DNA of 64,000 nucleotides, from contig MU054187.1 of the NCBI GenBank assembly GCA_013239625.1, positions 6,645,757 to 6,709,756 of the forward strand, given 5' to 3'. The notes below the pieces were generated by a model. It had not been told where the DNA came from, searched no databases, and was given only the letters and a program-made list of their open reading frames with translations. The translations under genes and the position numbers were made by a program. Positions 13,921 to 27,813 of the stretch are shown piece by piece. This DNA comes from Lama guanicoe (lineage: Eukaryota). Every line of letters starts with the position of its first letter. The stretch's first letter is position 1.

Positions 13921-14804
13921 TCAACTCATGAACAATAATCTGCATATCAGGCACTTACTACCATAAGCGAAGACCCCTAGTGCTGCCAGCCTAAAGCTGG
14001 TGGTGGGCCTTATTGGTTAGTGTTACTGGTCGACATGGGAGGTCTGAGTGACAGTTCTGGACGGACACACCCGAGTGAAGCCATCACCCCCTGGCTGGAA
14101 CATTCAAGGGTGAGGTGAGTTACAACTGTCATCGCTACTTTCAGAGACAAGAGCAGCGACTCACCCAGAAACACAGGTGCTCGCGTGTCGCCATTTTGAA
14201 TAAGATGATTATGGTCACAGAACATAGTATTCACTTTTCTTTGGGCACGGCATGACACAAAAATTCTTAGAGGAACCAGCTAGTCAAATGGCCTAAAAGT
14301 ACTATTTGGTTGGAAATTTTACTCTGATGAGTTTCCTAAGTGATTCCTTCATAAACCACCCAGTTTGTGCAATGTATACTTCTGTTGTCCAACTGCTAGA
14401 AATGTGCTGCATGATTTCAAGCAAAACTACGACTTCGAGGACAAAGGTGAAAACCCACTAAAGGAGCGGAGGTTCCAAAATCAATTTAAAATAAATCTGG
14501 CATTCAAAATGACTGACTTCTACTATGAGAGTGATCAGTTCTCAGGACCTTAACATCCTTGCCAAAAGCACACCTGCAAAGCACTCATAAATTCACAAAT
14601 AGACACAAAAGACGGCAAAATTTAAACTATTGGGCAACTTACTTCTCCACAATGAATTATAACGAATCTTCAACACTTCTGAGTTTTACATGAAGTCCTA
14701 ATGTATATTAAGAGAAAGAGGCCTGAGAGTATCTACTCTCTCCTTTCACCAAAACAGCCCTCAGAACTCATCAGTTCCGAGGCCTTTGTGTAAAATACCC
14801 TCGA

Positions 14805-15005
14805 GCACAATAGCTGAGAGAGTGAACTCTGGAGCCAGAAGGCAAGAATCTACCACTTGTCAGCCCTGCTTTGCTGGGCCTCAGTTTTCTCATCTGTAGA
14901 ATGGAGCTGACGGCATGTCTATCTCTTGGGCTCCTGGAAATATTAAGTGAGCTAATTCAGGAGTTTGTCTGGAAGAGCACTACATACATAATGCTTAATA
15001 AAGGC
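14805..15005 (+). mobile_element. MIR SINE
   Basis: ctctggagccaga...gggcctcagttttctcatctgtagaatgg. Confidence 0.75.
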
Positions 15006-17515
15006 TAGCTTTCCCCATCCCCTGGCGGGTGGCTGGAGACAATGGTAAATTAAGACAGTTCCTTCCCCGGGGAACTATCTCACCGATAAGCACACAATAT
15101 TAAAGTTCTCGTCTTCGAAAGAGCAGGGAAGGCAAAGTAATCATCAGTTCGACTCCGAGGGCCAGGAAAAGGTGAACTAACATCCAACATTTTGCAGAAG
15201 GCCTCAACCTGAGTTTTCCACTGAATAAAGAATTTTAAGGACTTAACGATGGTAAGGCGATGGGCCCTACAATTAGTGTTTCTGCACCTTATACGTAATT
15301 CATCACCACTGCAAAAGTAGTCAGCTCACTGTATGAAAGGTCACGAATAGAGACTGATTTATGAATATTATCCTTTCATTCAGATTGAATAATAAAAACT
15401 GTAATATAAAAGAAGACTAAGAAGATAATAGAAAATGAGCAGACCAAGTGCAATCATTACAAATAACTATTGCTAACTCTCGGCCTCACGTTCTCTTTGG
15501 TCAACGTCACACTACAGCTGTGCAGTGCGTCACTCACATTTTTATGACACCAAATTATAGGCTGCAACTTCTTGAGGTCTTTCAGAATTTATCTTCTCTT
15601 GATCCACCTCGAAGATCAGACTGATTAATTACTAAACAGAAGCAGCCATGATCACTGATTACTGGGAGCCTCTTATGTGGCAGGAAGTGTGCCTATGAAT
15701 CAAATTCTCCCTTTCATCTACTTGGGCTGGTAAATATCTCACCAAAAAAAGGGCCTTATTCCAGCCTCCAGCCACTTCGTATTTTATATTTATGTTCCAA
15801 GGAAATTCTTAGGCTTCATTTATAAAACATAGAACTTTTGGGTTAGAAAAGATTACATTTCATACCTGCAATTAAAGTCGGGTCAATATTAAAAAATATG
15901 AACTGTAACTAGAAAAAAAAGCCAATGTTGTAGAAACTCACTATTTTGAGGAATACTCTTAAAACAATTTTGTTTAAAGCAATGGATGGCAATCAAAATG
16001 TGAATTCAGTGACCTGCCCTGCGTCCTCAGATTAGAAACAAGGCACTCTGTGAAGCATCGCTCATCAGTGAAGAGGAAATTACAAAAGTAAGACAGAAAC
16101 ATCAACCTTCCTTGCTCTGAGCATCTTTTCTTTTTTCTCCTGTAATCATTTATTAAGGTGAGCCAAAGCGATCGGAGGTAAAAGATGTACAACTTTGCTA
16201 AGAAAGAAATTTAGAATGAGTCCACAATTATGTCCAGTGTGAGACACACATTGTCCTTCGTTCTCAAGATTCAACTGTCCAAACACTCCTGAAATGGGTA
16301 ACAGCCAATATTCCAGATTTATTAAAGCTGGAATACGTAGAGAGGAAATACGTGCGTACGTTGAGACACACAAATTTTTAAGTTCTATCTCTTCGTGAAA
16401 GTTGAGCATCTTTCTTAAACACAAAATACACATGTATGCCCAGCAGTCATCATGTAAAAGATCAGTGTCTCCATGGATTTCTCTTCTCACTCATATAATC
16501 CCAACAACACAGTTCCCTTCAACATTCGTATGTGTTATTATAAATGTACACGGTGTGACAACTGTCAAAACCTAGAACGTCCCAACCATTAAATGAGCAA
16601 ACACAAGCAGTGGTGTAACTAAAAATAGTCTTTGATTATACAAGGCTTTGTTCTCTTGAAATTTAGTGTTTCAATAAATTTGGCAGGCACGAGTAAAAAC
16701 TGAACCAATAAATGACACAAAAAGGAAAAAAATGGAAATAAAACATAGAAACAAGGAGAAATACACTTGGGAAAGAGGTGCTTGAAAATCCTATCTGAAT
16801 AAAACATTTTTTCCCCATTTTGAGACCAAGAGGTCTAGACGTTAACTTCCAATTGCAGGCATAGTTATGTCATCTCTAAAATGCATTTGAAAGCACAGGC
16901 CTTGACTGAAATGCTGTTCTCATTCTTTAAATGCACTGATGATGGGAGGAACGGGTGTGGGACGGCAGGAAAAAGCAGAGAAGTGGGTGTCACCCGGTGG
17001 GCTGGCGGGAGGGACTGCGGGACACGGACAAGTCCTAAGCAGCCTGGATCGCCGTGAGGCACTGAGGATGCTCTCAGGGAAGACGGAGAATGGGGAGGAG
17101 GAGGAGCAATGGCGCAGATTTACGCACTATTCAACTTTCATCTGAAGGCAATGCTGAGTCCACATCCTCCATCAAGCAGCCAGTCAATCAAAGAAAGGGG
17201 AAAAAACACCCTAACTTCTACTATGATCACCAGCTACAATGGCAAAATCATACAATACTTTGATCATAAATACTCTTCAAATTCGAGCTCAACTAACATA
17301 TACTAGACTGAATCTAAAGTGTATTTTCCGTTACTTTGGCTCAATGCACCAAAACACAGAAAATTTCCCTTTTAAATTTAGGTATTAATTAATCCCTCTC
17401 TCAGGAGATTTACTCTTCATAGAATTATCTGATACAGCTAGAGTGACTATCAACAGCCTCTTTTAAATTAAACAAGAAAAAAGGAAAAAGCAAGACATCT
17501 AACAAAAGGCCATAC

Positions 17516-17560
17516 CTGGTGGTACTTCCTGGTGCTCCTCTGCAGGGGGCGCCTGCGTTT
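17516..17560 (-). CDS. ASPH: ASPH/junctate exon, 45 nt (ETQAPPAEEHQEVPP)
   Basis: Acceptor TTGCAG|AA, donor CCAG|GTATGG. Confidence 0.95.
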
Positions 17561-18899
17561 CTGCAACAAGTAACAGAGGGACGGCCCGTTACACACTGCA
17601 AACCAGTGCTCAACACACACACTGCTGGCATTCGAGGTACGGTGATTTTTACAGAATGTGGGGGGATTTGAGTGCAATTATCCTAAAACAGGAGGTTTAT
17701 ACACTATCACAACAAAGAAAACATCAGCTGTAACTTCATAAAATGTTATTTATTTCTCAACTGTTCTGAACCACAGGCTTTAAAACATTACCTGCCTAAC
17801 TGACTAACCTCAAAACTCCGTCTGGCAAAGGAGATATGAACTAAAACTTATGTTTTCACCATGGTTTTGCAGGAGACTTAATAAGAAAGCTGAGGAGAGA
17901 CTTTTAAAGCATCTTGTGTTCTTGTTAACAGCACAAAACAATAAAATGGAAGTAGAATCTTAAAAAATACATCACTCTCCCTCAAAAAGTTTTTGAAAAA
18001 TAATATTCACGATAACATATCCTAAAACTAGTCGAAAATGTGGATACAAACTTTTAACTTCTAGTCTTTCCCCCTGGCTACTTCAACCCACTCACAACTA
18101 AACAGACTGTGAGCCTCAACACCCAACGGTAGAATGATGCACTGATCTGACTTGCCCTATGAAATTACATCATGTGTTAATATCTTCATCTCTAACAACC
18201 CATTTAACATCACCTTAATCTACAGATGAGACGGTATCTGCTTTCCTTTTACTCCTTAAGATTTGAAACAAGCTTCGGTCAAAAGGAGACACTTCTAATA
18301 GCATTTTCTAAAACTCAAATTAGCTGTGTAGGTATTTTGATTATTTTATTCTTGCATTAATTGGCTTCTAAGGGTAAGAGTAACCCATGCTCGAAATAGA
18401 AGATTTGGAAATATTTTACATAAAAGTACAAAAGAAACAGAAAAATAGCACACATATTCTCCTGACCCCTGTTAATATTCGGGAAAACTTCCTTCTTCTA
18501 GCGGCAGTACCGTGAACGTTCACGGCCTTTCTTTGTTGCGACTGGTCTGTTGATGGTTTACCTGTTTACTTGGTTGTCAGCAATCTAGAGACGTATTAGC
18601 CCTTTACCAACTTTACCAATATTTTTCTCGGAATTTCTTTCACTTTCGTCATTTTACATTTGAAAAAAACCGTGTGCATCATAAAGTACGAATCACTCCC
18701 ATTGTTATTTCCATCACTGATGTTATACTAAAACATTATTGCAAGACAAATTTTTATCTAAATACGTTCTGGACAAAATGTACATTTAACATACTTTTCC
18801 GAAAAGTATTCTGGTAATGATACAGCAAGAGGATTTTTTAAAAAGAATTCTATCAGCACCACCTGAAAGGTCTGCCTATTGATGTAGCCTACTTTTTCT

Positions 18900-19805
18900 T
18901 ACTCCAGCACTTTTTTTAAACCCACTTCAGTATGGCTTTCACTCCCCCCACTTTACTCAAATAGCTTTGCTAAGATCAGCAAGATTCTCTATGATACCAA
19001 ATGCAGTCGATGCTTCACAAGCCCTGACGTTCCAAAGGCAGCAGCATGAAACATATTCTCTTTTCTTCTGCTCTTTCACATTCTCCTCTGCTGGTTTTCC
19101 TCCTGCCTCACTGGTTGGTTGTGTATGCTCCATCAAACCTCACAATGCTGGGATTCCTTAGAGCTCGGTCCTGGGACTACTGGTCTACTCTCTCCACACT
19201 CACCTCCAAAATGATCTTATCCGTTTCCACTGGAGTTAATACCATCTTCATGATGATGGCTTCCCAGCATTTACATGTGTCTCAGATCTCACCTACCTAG
19301 TTCATCCTGGCATATCCAACTCCCTACTTGGTACCTCCACCTGGGTATCTGCCATAATTCCCAAACATAACATGTCTAATATGAAATCTTTGGTTTTCTT
19401 CCCTAAACCTGTTTCTTCCACATCCTAGTCTTCTCAGTAAATGCCCCGCTCATCCAACACTTACTCAAACCAAACCAAAGGTCCTCTTTACAGCCACCAG
19501 AAAGTTTTGTCAATTAAAATTCTAAAATCATCTCAAGTTCGAAACTTCCCCCTCCATTTCCACTTCATGATCTTATGCCAGGCCACCATGATCACTTCCT
19601 AGGATTAGGGCACAATAATTTCCTAATGGGGCGGTCCCTGCTTCCATTCTTGCTCCATCCAATCCATCCTCTAACTAAGAGTGGAAGCAATTTTTCAAAA
19701 CATGAATCAGATTATGCCGTATCTCCGTATTTCCATAGATTCTCACTGTATTTAGAACATAATTCAAAGTCCTTACTAGGTCCTTCAAGGCCCTGACTGA
19801 TCTGT
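18900..19805 (+). mobile_element. L2 fragment
   Basis: catatccaactccctacttggtacctccacctgggtatct...aacataacatgtc motifs. Confidence 0.65.
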
Positions 19806-20197
19806 CTCTTTATTGCTTAAGTCAATTTAACTTTGGTTTTCTATTATCTGTAACAGTAAGTAACCTTACTGACGCAGATGGGGACGAATGGAAGGGTTTA
19901 CAGACAGGACTCATATAGCCGGATTTCTACTTTTGAAGAGTTCATCCTAACAGCCTTGTGAAAGGTGAATTTGAAGGGGACAAGTATGGAGTTAAGAAGA
20001 CCAGCTAGAGGGCTACTGCCACGGCCCAGGAAGACGATGAGAGACAGAACTAGACCACTAGGGCCAGAGAGAGAAAAGACTGAATGTGAGAGATGTTCAA
20101 GTAGCCCATTCAACAGGATTGGAGATTAACTGTAGAGACAGAGGAAGAGGAGCTGTCTCCTAGGTTTCTGGTTTGGGAACCCAAGTATTTATTGATG

Positions 20198-20262
20198 GAA
20201 CCAGTCGAGACAAGGGGAGAACCAGTCAAGACAAGGGGAGAATCAGTCAAGACAAAGGGAGA
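20198..20262 (+). repeat. 21-bp tandem repeat, 3 copies (gaaccagtcaagacaagggga)
   Basis: Three near-identical adjacent units. Confidence 0.9.
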
Positions 20263-21146
20263 CGGGGAGAGAAGGTCAGTGGGCATGTGAAGATGGTGAG
20301 TTCCCTCGCACGTGCACCCAAGCGCTGCAGGAACAGAGAAACTGCAGGTTGGGCTGAAGGTACAGAGTCTGGAGCCCCACCACCCACCACAAGGAATTCC
20401 TTTAGAGTCTCTGCTGTGTCCTCGACTGGCTTAGCAAAATGCCTGAAAAGTCGTAGGAAAACAACCGTACTTCTAATACAAAAAAGGACCCCAGAGGCAA
20501 CTGCCGGCCCCCAGCCTGGGTCGAAGACTAGCTTAGCCACTTCTAGCCTGGAACTCGGGGCCAGTCACCGGACCTCACTCCCCTTTCAGTCCTGCACGTG
20601 TGAAATAAGTACAGTGGCATTTGCCTGGATTCCTCTTTGGTGTCCTCATGAGCAACAGAAACAGACTATGGGAAAGAACTTTGCAAACTACTTTGAACTA
20701 CAGAAATCTACGTCGTGTCGGAACACCACTGTGTGATATATGCTGCTATTTTTATTTTCAGAAACGACTCCTTTACTTAAAAAAATTTTTTTCCCAGCTG
20801 AATAACAACGTAAAGGACTAGACTTTCAACTCATCTCTGCCCATGGATAATTCCTCACAAGACCACCTCCTCCTATTTAGGGCAGCCCTCTTCACTCTAA
20901 CAAGTTACTTTCTATTATATGACCCTGGTTTTGTCTCCATCACTGCACTTTTCATGATCTTTAATTACTTCATCATCTCTCAGGCCACTAGAATGCTAGC
21001 CTGTTGACAGAATTATGCACTCTCATCCTCCTGGCCCCCAAGCACTGTATAGACAGTGAATAGTAAGTGCTCATTAAGTACTTGTTGAAGAAATGAACAT
21101 AAGTTTAATAAAAAAAAGTAAAATGACTTCTATAAAATTAACTTAC

Positions 21147-21182
21147 CTTCTAGAATTATGTTTGAATCATCTACAGCATTAT
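21147..21182 (-). CDS. ASPH: ASPH/junctate exon, 36 nt (DNAVDDSNIILE)
   Basis: Acceptor (T)nCAG|AT, donor GAAG|GTAAGT. Confidence 0.93.
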
Positions 21183-21528
21183 CTGAAAAAAAAAAAAGCA
21201 AACACATCTTGCATTACCTCACCTTGATTAGGTGCTTAAATTAATTTGTATCTGTTCAGAGACCTAAATTTGGATCCTTTTAGATTGGGGCTTCTTATAG
21301 AAAACTCACTAGAATATCAACTTCATTTTCTAAATTGTATTCAAAGAACACATCAGTAGGCTGGTATTATCCCTGCACCATAAACAGGGAATAAATATGT
21401 CAACATTATCATTACTTTCTTGATGACCTGAGAATGTCTTATATTTTATCTCTGTTCACAAATTATACTTGTTTTAACAAACACAAGGGGAACTGACGTG
21501 CAGGAAACAGCTTAGAGGAAAACCTTAC

Positions 21529-21567
21529 CTGAACTTTCTACCCCTTCACTTTTTGATGGCTCATACA
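21529..21567 (-). CDS. ASPH: ASPH/junctate exon, 39 nt (VYEPSKSEGVESS)
   Basis: Acceptor TTTTACAG|TG, donor TCAG|GTAAGG; aligns with human (A)VYEPLENEGIEIT. Confidence 0.9.
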
Positions 21568-22125
21568 CTGTAAAATACACAGAAAAAAATAATCCTTTAG
21601 CACTGCATAACTCCCATTATAACACAACACCGGCTGTACCAGGCAAGAGCAGAGACAATGGCTAATTTATCCTTGAACCTCTGGGGCTAAGTCACCAGGA
21701 ACCGGCAGGTAACAGAGTAGAGTGGGGAAGCGTTTGGTCTGGAGTGAAACAGGCCTGGGTTCAACTCACGGGGCAGCCACTTCTAGCCAGAGGAGATGGG
21801 CTAAAGCAGACGATGAGATGGATTATATATGCTTCCTCCCTGTAAAATGGGGAAAAGTAAAGTTCTCCGCAGTCCCTTGTTACCAGGATCCAGCAATGTG
21901 TTTACTCCCGGGTGGCGCTGAATTTCCTTTTTTTTTTCTTCAAGACTGTAGGGGAGCTTCTGAGCTACCCGTGGCTCTGCCCACTTATCATTTTGGATCC
22001 AAGTGTTTATCTCTACTTTGCCCGGGGAGCAATGCCCAGACCTTTCGCCCGGAGCAAACAGCCCTGCCTCCAGCCCCTGAGGATGAGGGTTCAGCGGGCA
22101 GGCCCTCCATCCACTACCTTAATCA

Positions 22126-22519
22126 TGAGACGGGGGGAAGGGGGCAGGGCACAGCCACTGAAAGAATGACAAACAGGTTAGAACCAACTAGGCCCAAGAT
22201 GGCAGAAGATCTGACTCCCAGGAAACCTTGAGCCTCATCATATGCTCACTGTAACACGTCAGCATGCTAAATGGTACTCCCCAGGTGCCATGACAGCTCC
22301 CAGGCTTACCATAAAACACCAAAAAATGAGCAGGGGGCCCAATTCCTGGAAATCTCTGGCTTCCCCCAAATAGTTGGAATAATTCTCCCACTTGTTAGCA
22401 TATGAAATGACCCAGCCCATAAAAACTAGTAACCTCATATCCTGGGGCCTCTCGCACCTGCTGAGGTAGCCGGCACTCTGTCTATGGAGTATGTATCTCC
22501 CTGAATAAATCTACTGTCA
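22126..22519 (+). mobile_element. MER41-like ERV1 solo LTR, possibly 3' truncated
   Basis: TG start; MER41-type motifs ggtgccatgacag, ttagcatat, ccataaaaa (TATA-like), tctgtctatggagta, AATAAA at 22504. Confidence 0.7.
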
Positions 22520-22899
22520 GCTCAAGGCTCCTCTGCTTCACCACAAAGGGGACCCTGGTCTTGGCTGTGGTCTCCTCTCCTGCTGGTTGGTTCTCAGCTT
22601 TCCTAGTGAGCCTGATCCCTGCTTTTCCCACCTTCCAAAGGCCTCACATTTTCTGATACCCTAAGAGCACAGTTACAAATGCAGTCTCGTTCATTTAATA
22701 AAGGGAAAATTTTTGAGCATCTACTACCCTACAGACATTATTCCCAGTGCTCGGGTAGAGCGAGGGCCAATTTTAATAGACTGTTTTCTATCCCTTTGGC
22801 GGCATGTGTAAGACAAAGGCGCAGTGCGTGTCCGCCCACTGTCACCCTAAACCCTGTCAGCACTTCAATTTAAAAAACAAAACAAAACAAAACCCATAA

Positions 22900-24400
22900 G
22901 CTCTCCCTTGAGCCTGCTTCCCTTTTTCCTCTGTTTCCTCTATTTCATAATTACTTTCTTTAAAGAGTCAGCGTCATTTACACGTGCTGTCTTATCTCCT
23001 CACGTCCTCCCCTCACACCACTCCAGTCTCCCTTCCGGCCCTGACCACATCCCTGAAGAGCCTCCTCGAAGGCCACTCACCTACTCTCGGCCTTTAGCAT
23101 ATCAGATCTACGAGCAGCTCCTTCCTCTTCAAACACTCCTGTTCTTGGACTCCAATGTGACCATATTCTCCTTTTTGATCTTCTTTGTCACTCCATCCTT
23201 TCCCCACCAGGCACTAAACGTTGCCTTTCATCAACGTCCAGCCACGGAATATCCTCTCTTCCCACTCTATCCTCTTTCCTTAAATAACCTCAGCCTTTGG
23301 CTTCAATCACAATGCACAGTCTGATGATTCTCAAACTCAGCTGTGAATAGACTTCTCTTCTGAGATCCAAACACCATCCATCAGCTAATGTGATCTCTCT
23401 CCTCGGATGGCTCAACAGGTGCTATCAGCATGCACAGATGGCACTCATGACCTGCTGGCCCCATGCCTGTTCTCCAGTCTCGCCCGTCTTGGGAAAAGCA
23501 CACCATCCACCAGGTGCATAAGCAGAACAGTGGGCGTGGTTCCCGACATCTGGTTCTCTCTCCCCAGCTACACCCGCACATCAAGCCCTGCTAATTTTAC
23601 CTTCTATTTCTCAGCTTTGTCCACTTCCTTTCACCTTCCCTGCCCCCACCTTGGTTTGAACTACTCTCATTTCTGTCCAACACCGTCCACTGAAAACAGT
23701 TCTTGCCCAGGTCACTAGGGAGGCCATACGGCGCGAGATCTAAGGCAGGGCTTCAGTGCTCGCCCTGCGTGGGGCCTCAGCAGCCCGGGATATGACTGAA
23801 CACCTCGTTCTTGACACTCATCTCCTTGGACGCCGTGTTTGGCAGAGATGTGACTCAGGGAAGATCACACTTGGGTAACTGTGGTGACCAAACTGGTCTC
23901 CCCACACCCACTCTTGTCTCTCTGCAGTCTATTTACTATCTTTTAGACAGATCAGTCTTTACAAAATGCAGTGCCCTAGAACAGTGCTCTAAGGTGAAGA
24001 TGGAAATCCTTGAGTGATGGCAGGCACCCTCTGGACCTGGACCATCTCAGAACCTCAGCCCACATCTCTCCCCTTACACTTAGCATTCCAGACACATCTT
24101 CCCATAAGAAGCTTCAGTCTACATCCCAGCCACGCCAACTTTCCCCTGGCCTCATCAACTGTTCCACTCTGCAGCTCATACTTCAGCCTTCCCTGGTCCA
24201 CAAACTAGGTAGGGTCCCTTTGCTATATATTCTTGTCATATGCTGTGCTCACTCTTACCAGCACTTAGCATAATTATAACTGAACACCAAATTAAAATTA
24301 TTTGTATAATTTCTACCCTACTGCTAAAATACAAGGACTGTGAGAATATGGACCATGAGGGTGTTCTTCACTAGAACCGCTCCAGCGTCCTGTTTTGGAC
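22900..24400 (+). mobile_element. Cluster of degenerate L2 fragments
   Basis: Pyrimidine-rich L2-like motifs; boundaries approximate. Confidence 0.5.
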
Positions 24401-24659
24401 ACAGGACACGTAACATATATGCAGTGTAGATAGTGTAAGAATAAATAAATCAGGTAGATGGTAAGACTGTCCTGTTGTTTCCCAGGTGTCCCAAGGTAGG
24501 CGTGATGCTTTCCAGGATAGTTTTAATGTGGAAAGCTGGTTCACTCTACAGCCTTGGCAAGCCATGTTGTTTTCCAAGTTCCAGAGTTTGGGGAGTTTAA
24601 TACAGAATATATTCTGTTCTCCCACTGAAAAACGGCTTTATTTTTATCCTACTTACAGC

Positions 24660-24660
24660 T

Positions 24661-24687
<27 letters not shown>
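24660..24687 (+). repeat. (CA)n microsatellite
   Basis: Directly visible. Confidence 0.95.
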
Positions 24688-24691
<4 letters not shown>

Positions 24692-26207
24692 GTCACTTAA
24701 TTTCCCTAGCTTGGTTCCTGAAGTGCACAGAGGTATCTTTTTAGCATATAATGAATAATCCTCTGTTCTACTAAAACTCTTTGGTTTGAAAAAGTTTACG
24801 TTCTATGGCAAGGTAATTCAAAATACCTCATCAAATCCTGATGATTGCCCAGGTCATATTTTCACTCTGTTAACATTTTAAATTATTTTTATAATGATAT
24901 TTTGCTTATGAAAATACCTTTACTTTCACAACATCTTTTTTAACATAGTATCTGAGTTTACACTTCTTTCAAATTTCACTTTAAAGTTCTCTAGAACCAG
25001 TCTGCAAAGTGCATCCCAAACATGTTCTTTCCAGCATATTTAGAAAAACATATATAATGACTGGCAGAAATTAGAAAAGAATTTATATGCAAATTTAATT
25101 TTCACATTCTTATTTTCTCCCTCAAATTCAAACTTGAAATCTAAATGCAATCCAGTGGCCAAGTTATTTAACTTCTTATAAAAACATTAGTCCCTAGAGT
25201 TAGACTCCAGGATCCCTTCAATGATATCATTCATATCCTATTAGGAACAGTCATTGTGAATGGTGATCTTGGTAGGGCTTCAAATCTTAAAAACACACGC
25301 TTAATAAATTAGTGTATCAGATCTACACACAGCCATTCCTAACTTTCTTCAATTCAGATTCACCAACTATCATGAGACCACAAATTTTTTAAAAGCAGAG
25401 ATTCAATATTATTCATATTTGAATGTTAAACTCTAAGACCATCCAGCACATAGGATGTCCTCCACATCTGACTCAAGCACGGCACGTCTCTTCATCCTTC
25501 TTGCTTATACCCGACTGGCTTCTTTCCTTCTACAGTCATCTTTTTAGATACTGGAATAAAAAGGATACGCCACTTGCTCTATGGCTTCTTGGTCATATTA
25601 ATTTATGCAAAATTACATACACTCTTGGAACCTTACTTCTCTCATCTGGGAAGTAGTGACAATATCATCTCCTTTGAGGAGCTTAATAAAACCACATGAG
25701 AAGTCCTTGGGCTACAAGAGGAACTGTAATTGTGTAAATTGGAACCTGATGCCGGAACCATTTTCTCCAAGCTCCCTTTAAGGCTGGAATGAAATTCTGT
25801 ACCCTTTTCCAGGCTGGCAGATTGGTCATCTTTATTTAAGTGAAATGAATTTGCAGCGGCAGCTGGAGTAGTTAAGCTCTGACTAAAGTAGTCTTTCAAG
25901 CACAAGGCATGTTTAATAAAAAGAGGGCTATGACTATACAGTCATGAGATTAAGTTTTCTTGAGTAATTTTTAACTGCTTCCAAAGGCAACTTGCAAAGA
26001 GTTTAAGGAAGTATTTAGGCAATGGTGGAACCACGGGAGGAGGTAAATAATCTCCTAAAGTAAATTCTTTGAAAACTACCCATTCATTCGGATGTTTTAA
26101 GTTATGGTATTTGCAGCTAAAAATATCACTCTCCATGCTTTATAGTCAAAACTATGAGTAGATTTTAAAACAAGTAGGCAACTTAAGGTTAAGAAGCATT
26201 TTCAAAC

Positions 26208-26240
26208 CTTGTTCATCATAGTCTTGGTATGTTACATCAT
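26208..26240 (-). CDS. ASPH: ASPH/junctate exon, 33 nt (DDVTYQDYDEQ)
   Basis: Acceptor TTTTGCAG|AT, donor CAAG|GTTTGA. Confidence 0.95.
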
Positions 26241-26692
26241 CTGCAAAAAAGAGAATAAAACCAAAGTATTATTTGAGTCATTCTGTGTAACTGCTTAGCT
26301 AAAAAACACAACTTAATCTCAAATACAGAATTCTGATCCTTTAAATATTAACATTTGTACAATCTGTGAGAAATGCCTGTGCCCAAAAGCAATGAGAGGA
26401 AAGGGCAGGCATGTTATTTTCATAAAAATTCCTCAAATTGGCATAAAGATATACAAAAGGAGCATTAGGAATTAATACGCTGTTTTGTTGTGGAAGGGTG
26501 GTAGATGAGGTAAAGTATGAAAGCCTGATATTCTTTAAATAATCCAATTTTGTTACAAAGCAAAAAGTCTTGTATTAGGTGCTAAAATTACTTCTTTGAC
26601 CCTTTGAAAGAAAAGTCACCACGTTAACACAGCATCGTAAGTGCAAAGCCTTAAGCAATGTTTAAAATCGAACAAAAACATTCATTTAATAC

Positions 26693-26740
26693 CTGTGTGG
26701 TACATTTGTCCATCATCATCTACTGCTGGTTCACTCGATT
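26693..26740 (-). CDS. ASPH: ASPH/junctate exon, 48 nt (ESSEPAVDDDGQMYHT)
   Basis: Acceptor TTTTTTAG|AA, donor ACAG|GTATTA. Confidence 0.94.
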
Positions 26741-27235
26741 CTAAAAAAGAAAAAATATACCTTTGCCAAACATGAAAGAACCAAATACCTTGTTAGACAG
26801 CATTCTAAAATATTTACAAATTAATTTTAATCTTCGTAACTGTGTAAGATAGATACTATTATCATGACTTAATAAAACTTAAGCTGGATAAAGTTCCATA
26901 ATTTTCTCCCTACGTCACAAATACAAGAAGGAGCAAAACTAGGACCTGCCCCCCCACCTGGCTCCACTATGTCCTACTACCTTGCTAATTCCCCAATATT
27001 CTTTCCAGTATCCCATCTGCAAAGACCAAAATCCCAACAGTGGTTTGAAAAACACATTTCCTTTTTACTTCATTTCTCCATGTAATATTAAACTATATTC
27101 AGAAATTTCTGTAAATATCTGGGCAAGCAAAAACTGAGTATTTAAGGAGACCTATGCATTGAATCAGAGTGAGTCATTAACCCTGGGTTAAAATGACCTT
27201 GGCCACTGCCTCAAAGAGAAACACATGTCACAGAC

Positions 27236-27292
27236 CTGGATTTTCCTGTTCATATATCACGTCTTCCATATCCTGATTGTAGGCTGGTGAAG
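27236..27292 (-). CDS. ASPH: ASPH/junctate exon, 57 nt (ASPAYNQDMEDVIYEQENP)
   Basis: Acceptor TTTATAG|CT, donor CCAG|GTCTGT. Confidence 0.95.
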
Positions 27293-27780
27293 CTATAAAT
27301 TAGGAAATAATTAGGAAATTACAAATATGTCTCAAAAAAAGTATCACACCTGATATTTAAAATATGAAAAAACACAATTTCTAGTAAAGATAGAAATCAA
27401 ATCATAATGATGCTCAAGCTTACATTCACTCATGGAACAAACAGGTACTAACTGTGCTAAATGCCAAATACAAAGCTGAATAAGAAAGTCTTCATCATCA
27501 GCGGGTTTGTAACTGAACCACAAGATCAAGGTGCGCCATATTCTCATTTAGCTGATGCAAATTCAACTATATTCACACAACAAAAAATGAGACAAAGACA
27601 CAGAGAGACAGAAACAGTCGTGCAGGTGAACCCTCCTCCGATGCACTCAGCAAGCACCTGCCAAAGTGAGTCTGAGCAAGAACACGCATTTCCCCGCCCC
27701 TCCCTTGGACTCAGCACCTGAGTACTCCCAGACTGAGGTGTAACTCTAGTATTTACAGACACATGCTGCTAAAACCTTAC

Positions 27781-27813
27781 CTGTCTCTTCTACATGGTAG
27801 TTATCTTCAGTTT
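27781..27813 (-). CDS. ASPH: ASPH/junctate exon, 33 nt (ETEDNYHVEET)
   Basis: Acceptor TTTCCAG|AA, donor ACAG|GTAAGG. Confidence 0.95.

Noticed and set aside
20173..20736. 187-aa plus-strand ORF with repeated SQDKGR
   Set aside because: Non-ATG start; repeat comes from the 21-bp minisatellite; no protein similarity I recognise
24918..25001. 84-nt exon-like segment (TTTGCAG|AC...AAAG|GTATTT)
   Set aside because: Stops in all three frames and no match to ASPH; no support beyond splice-like motifs
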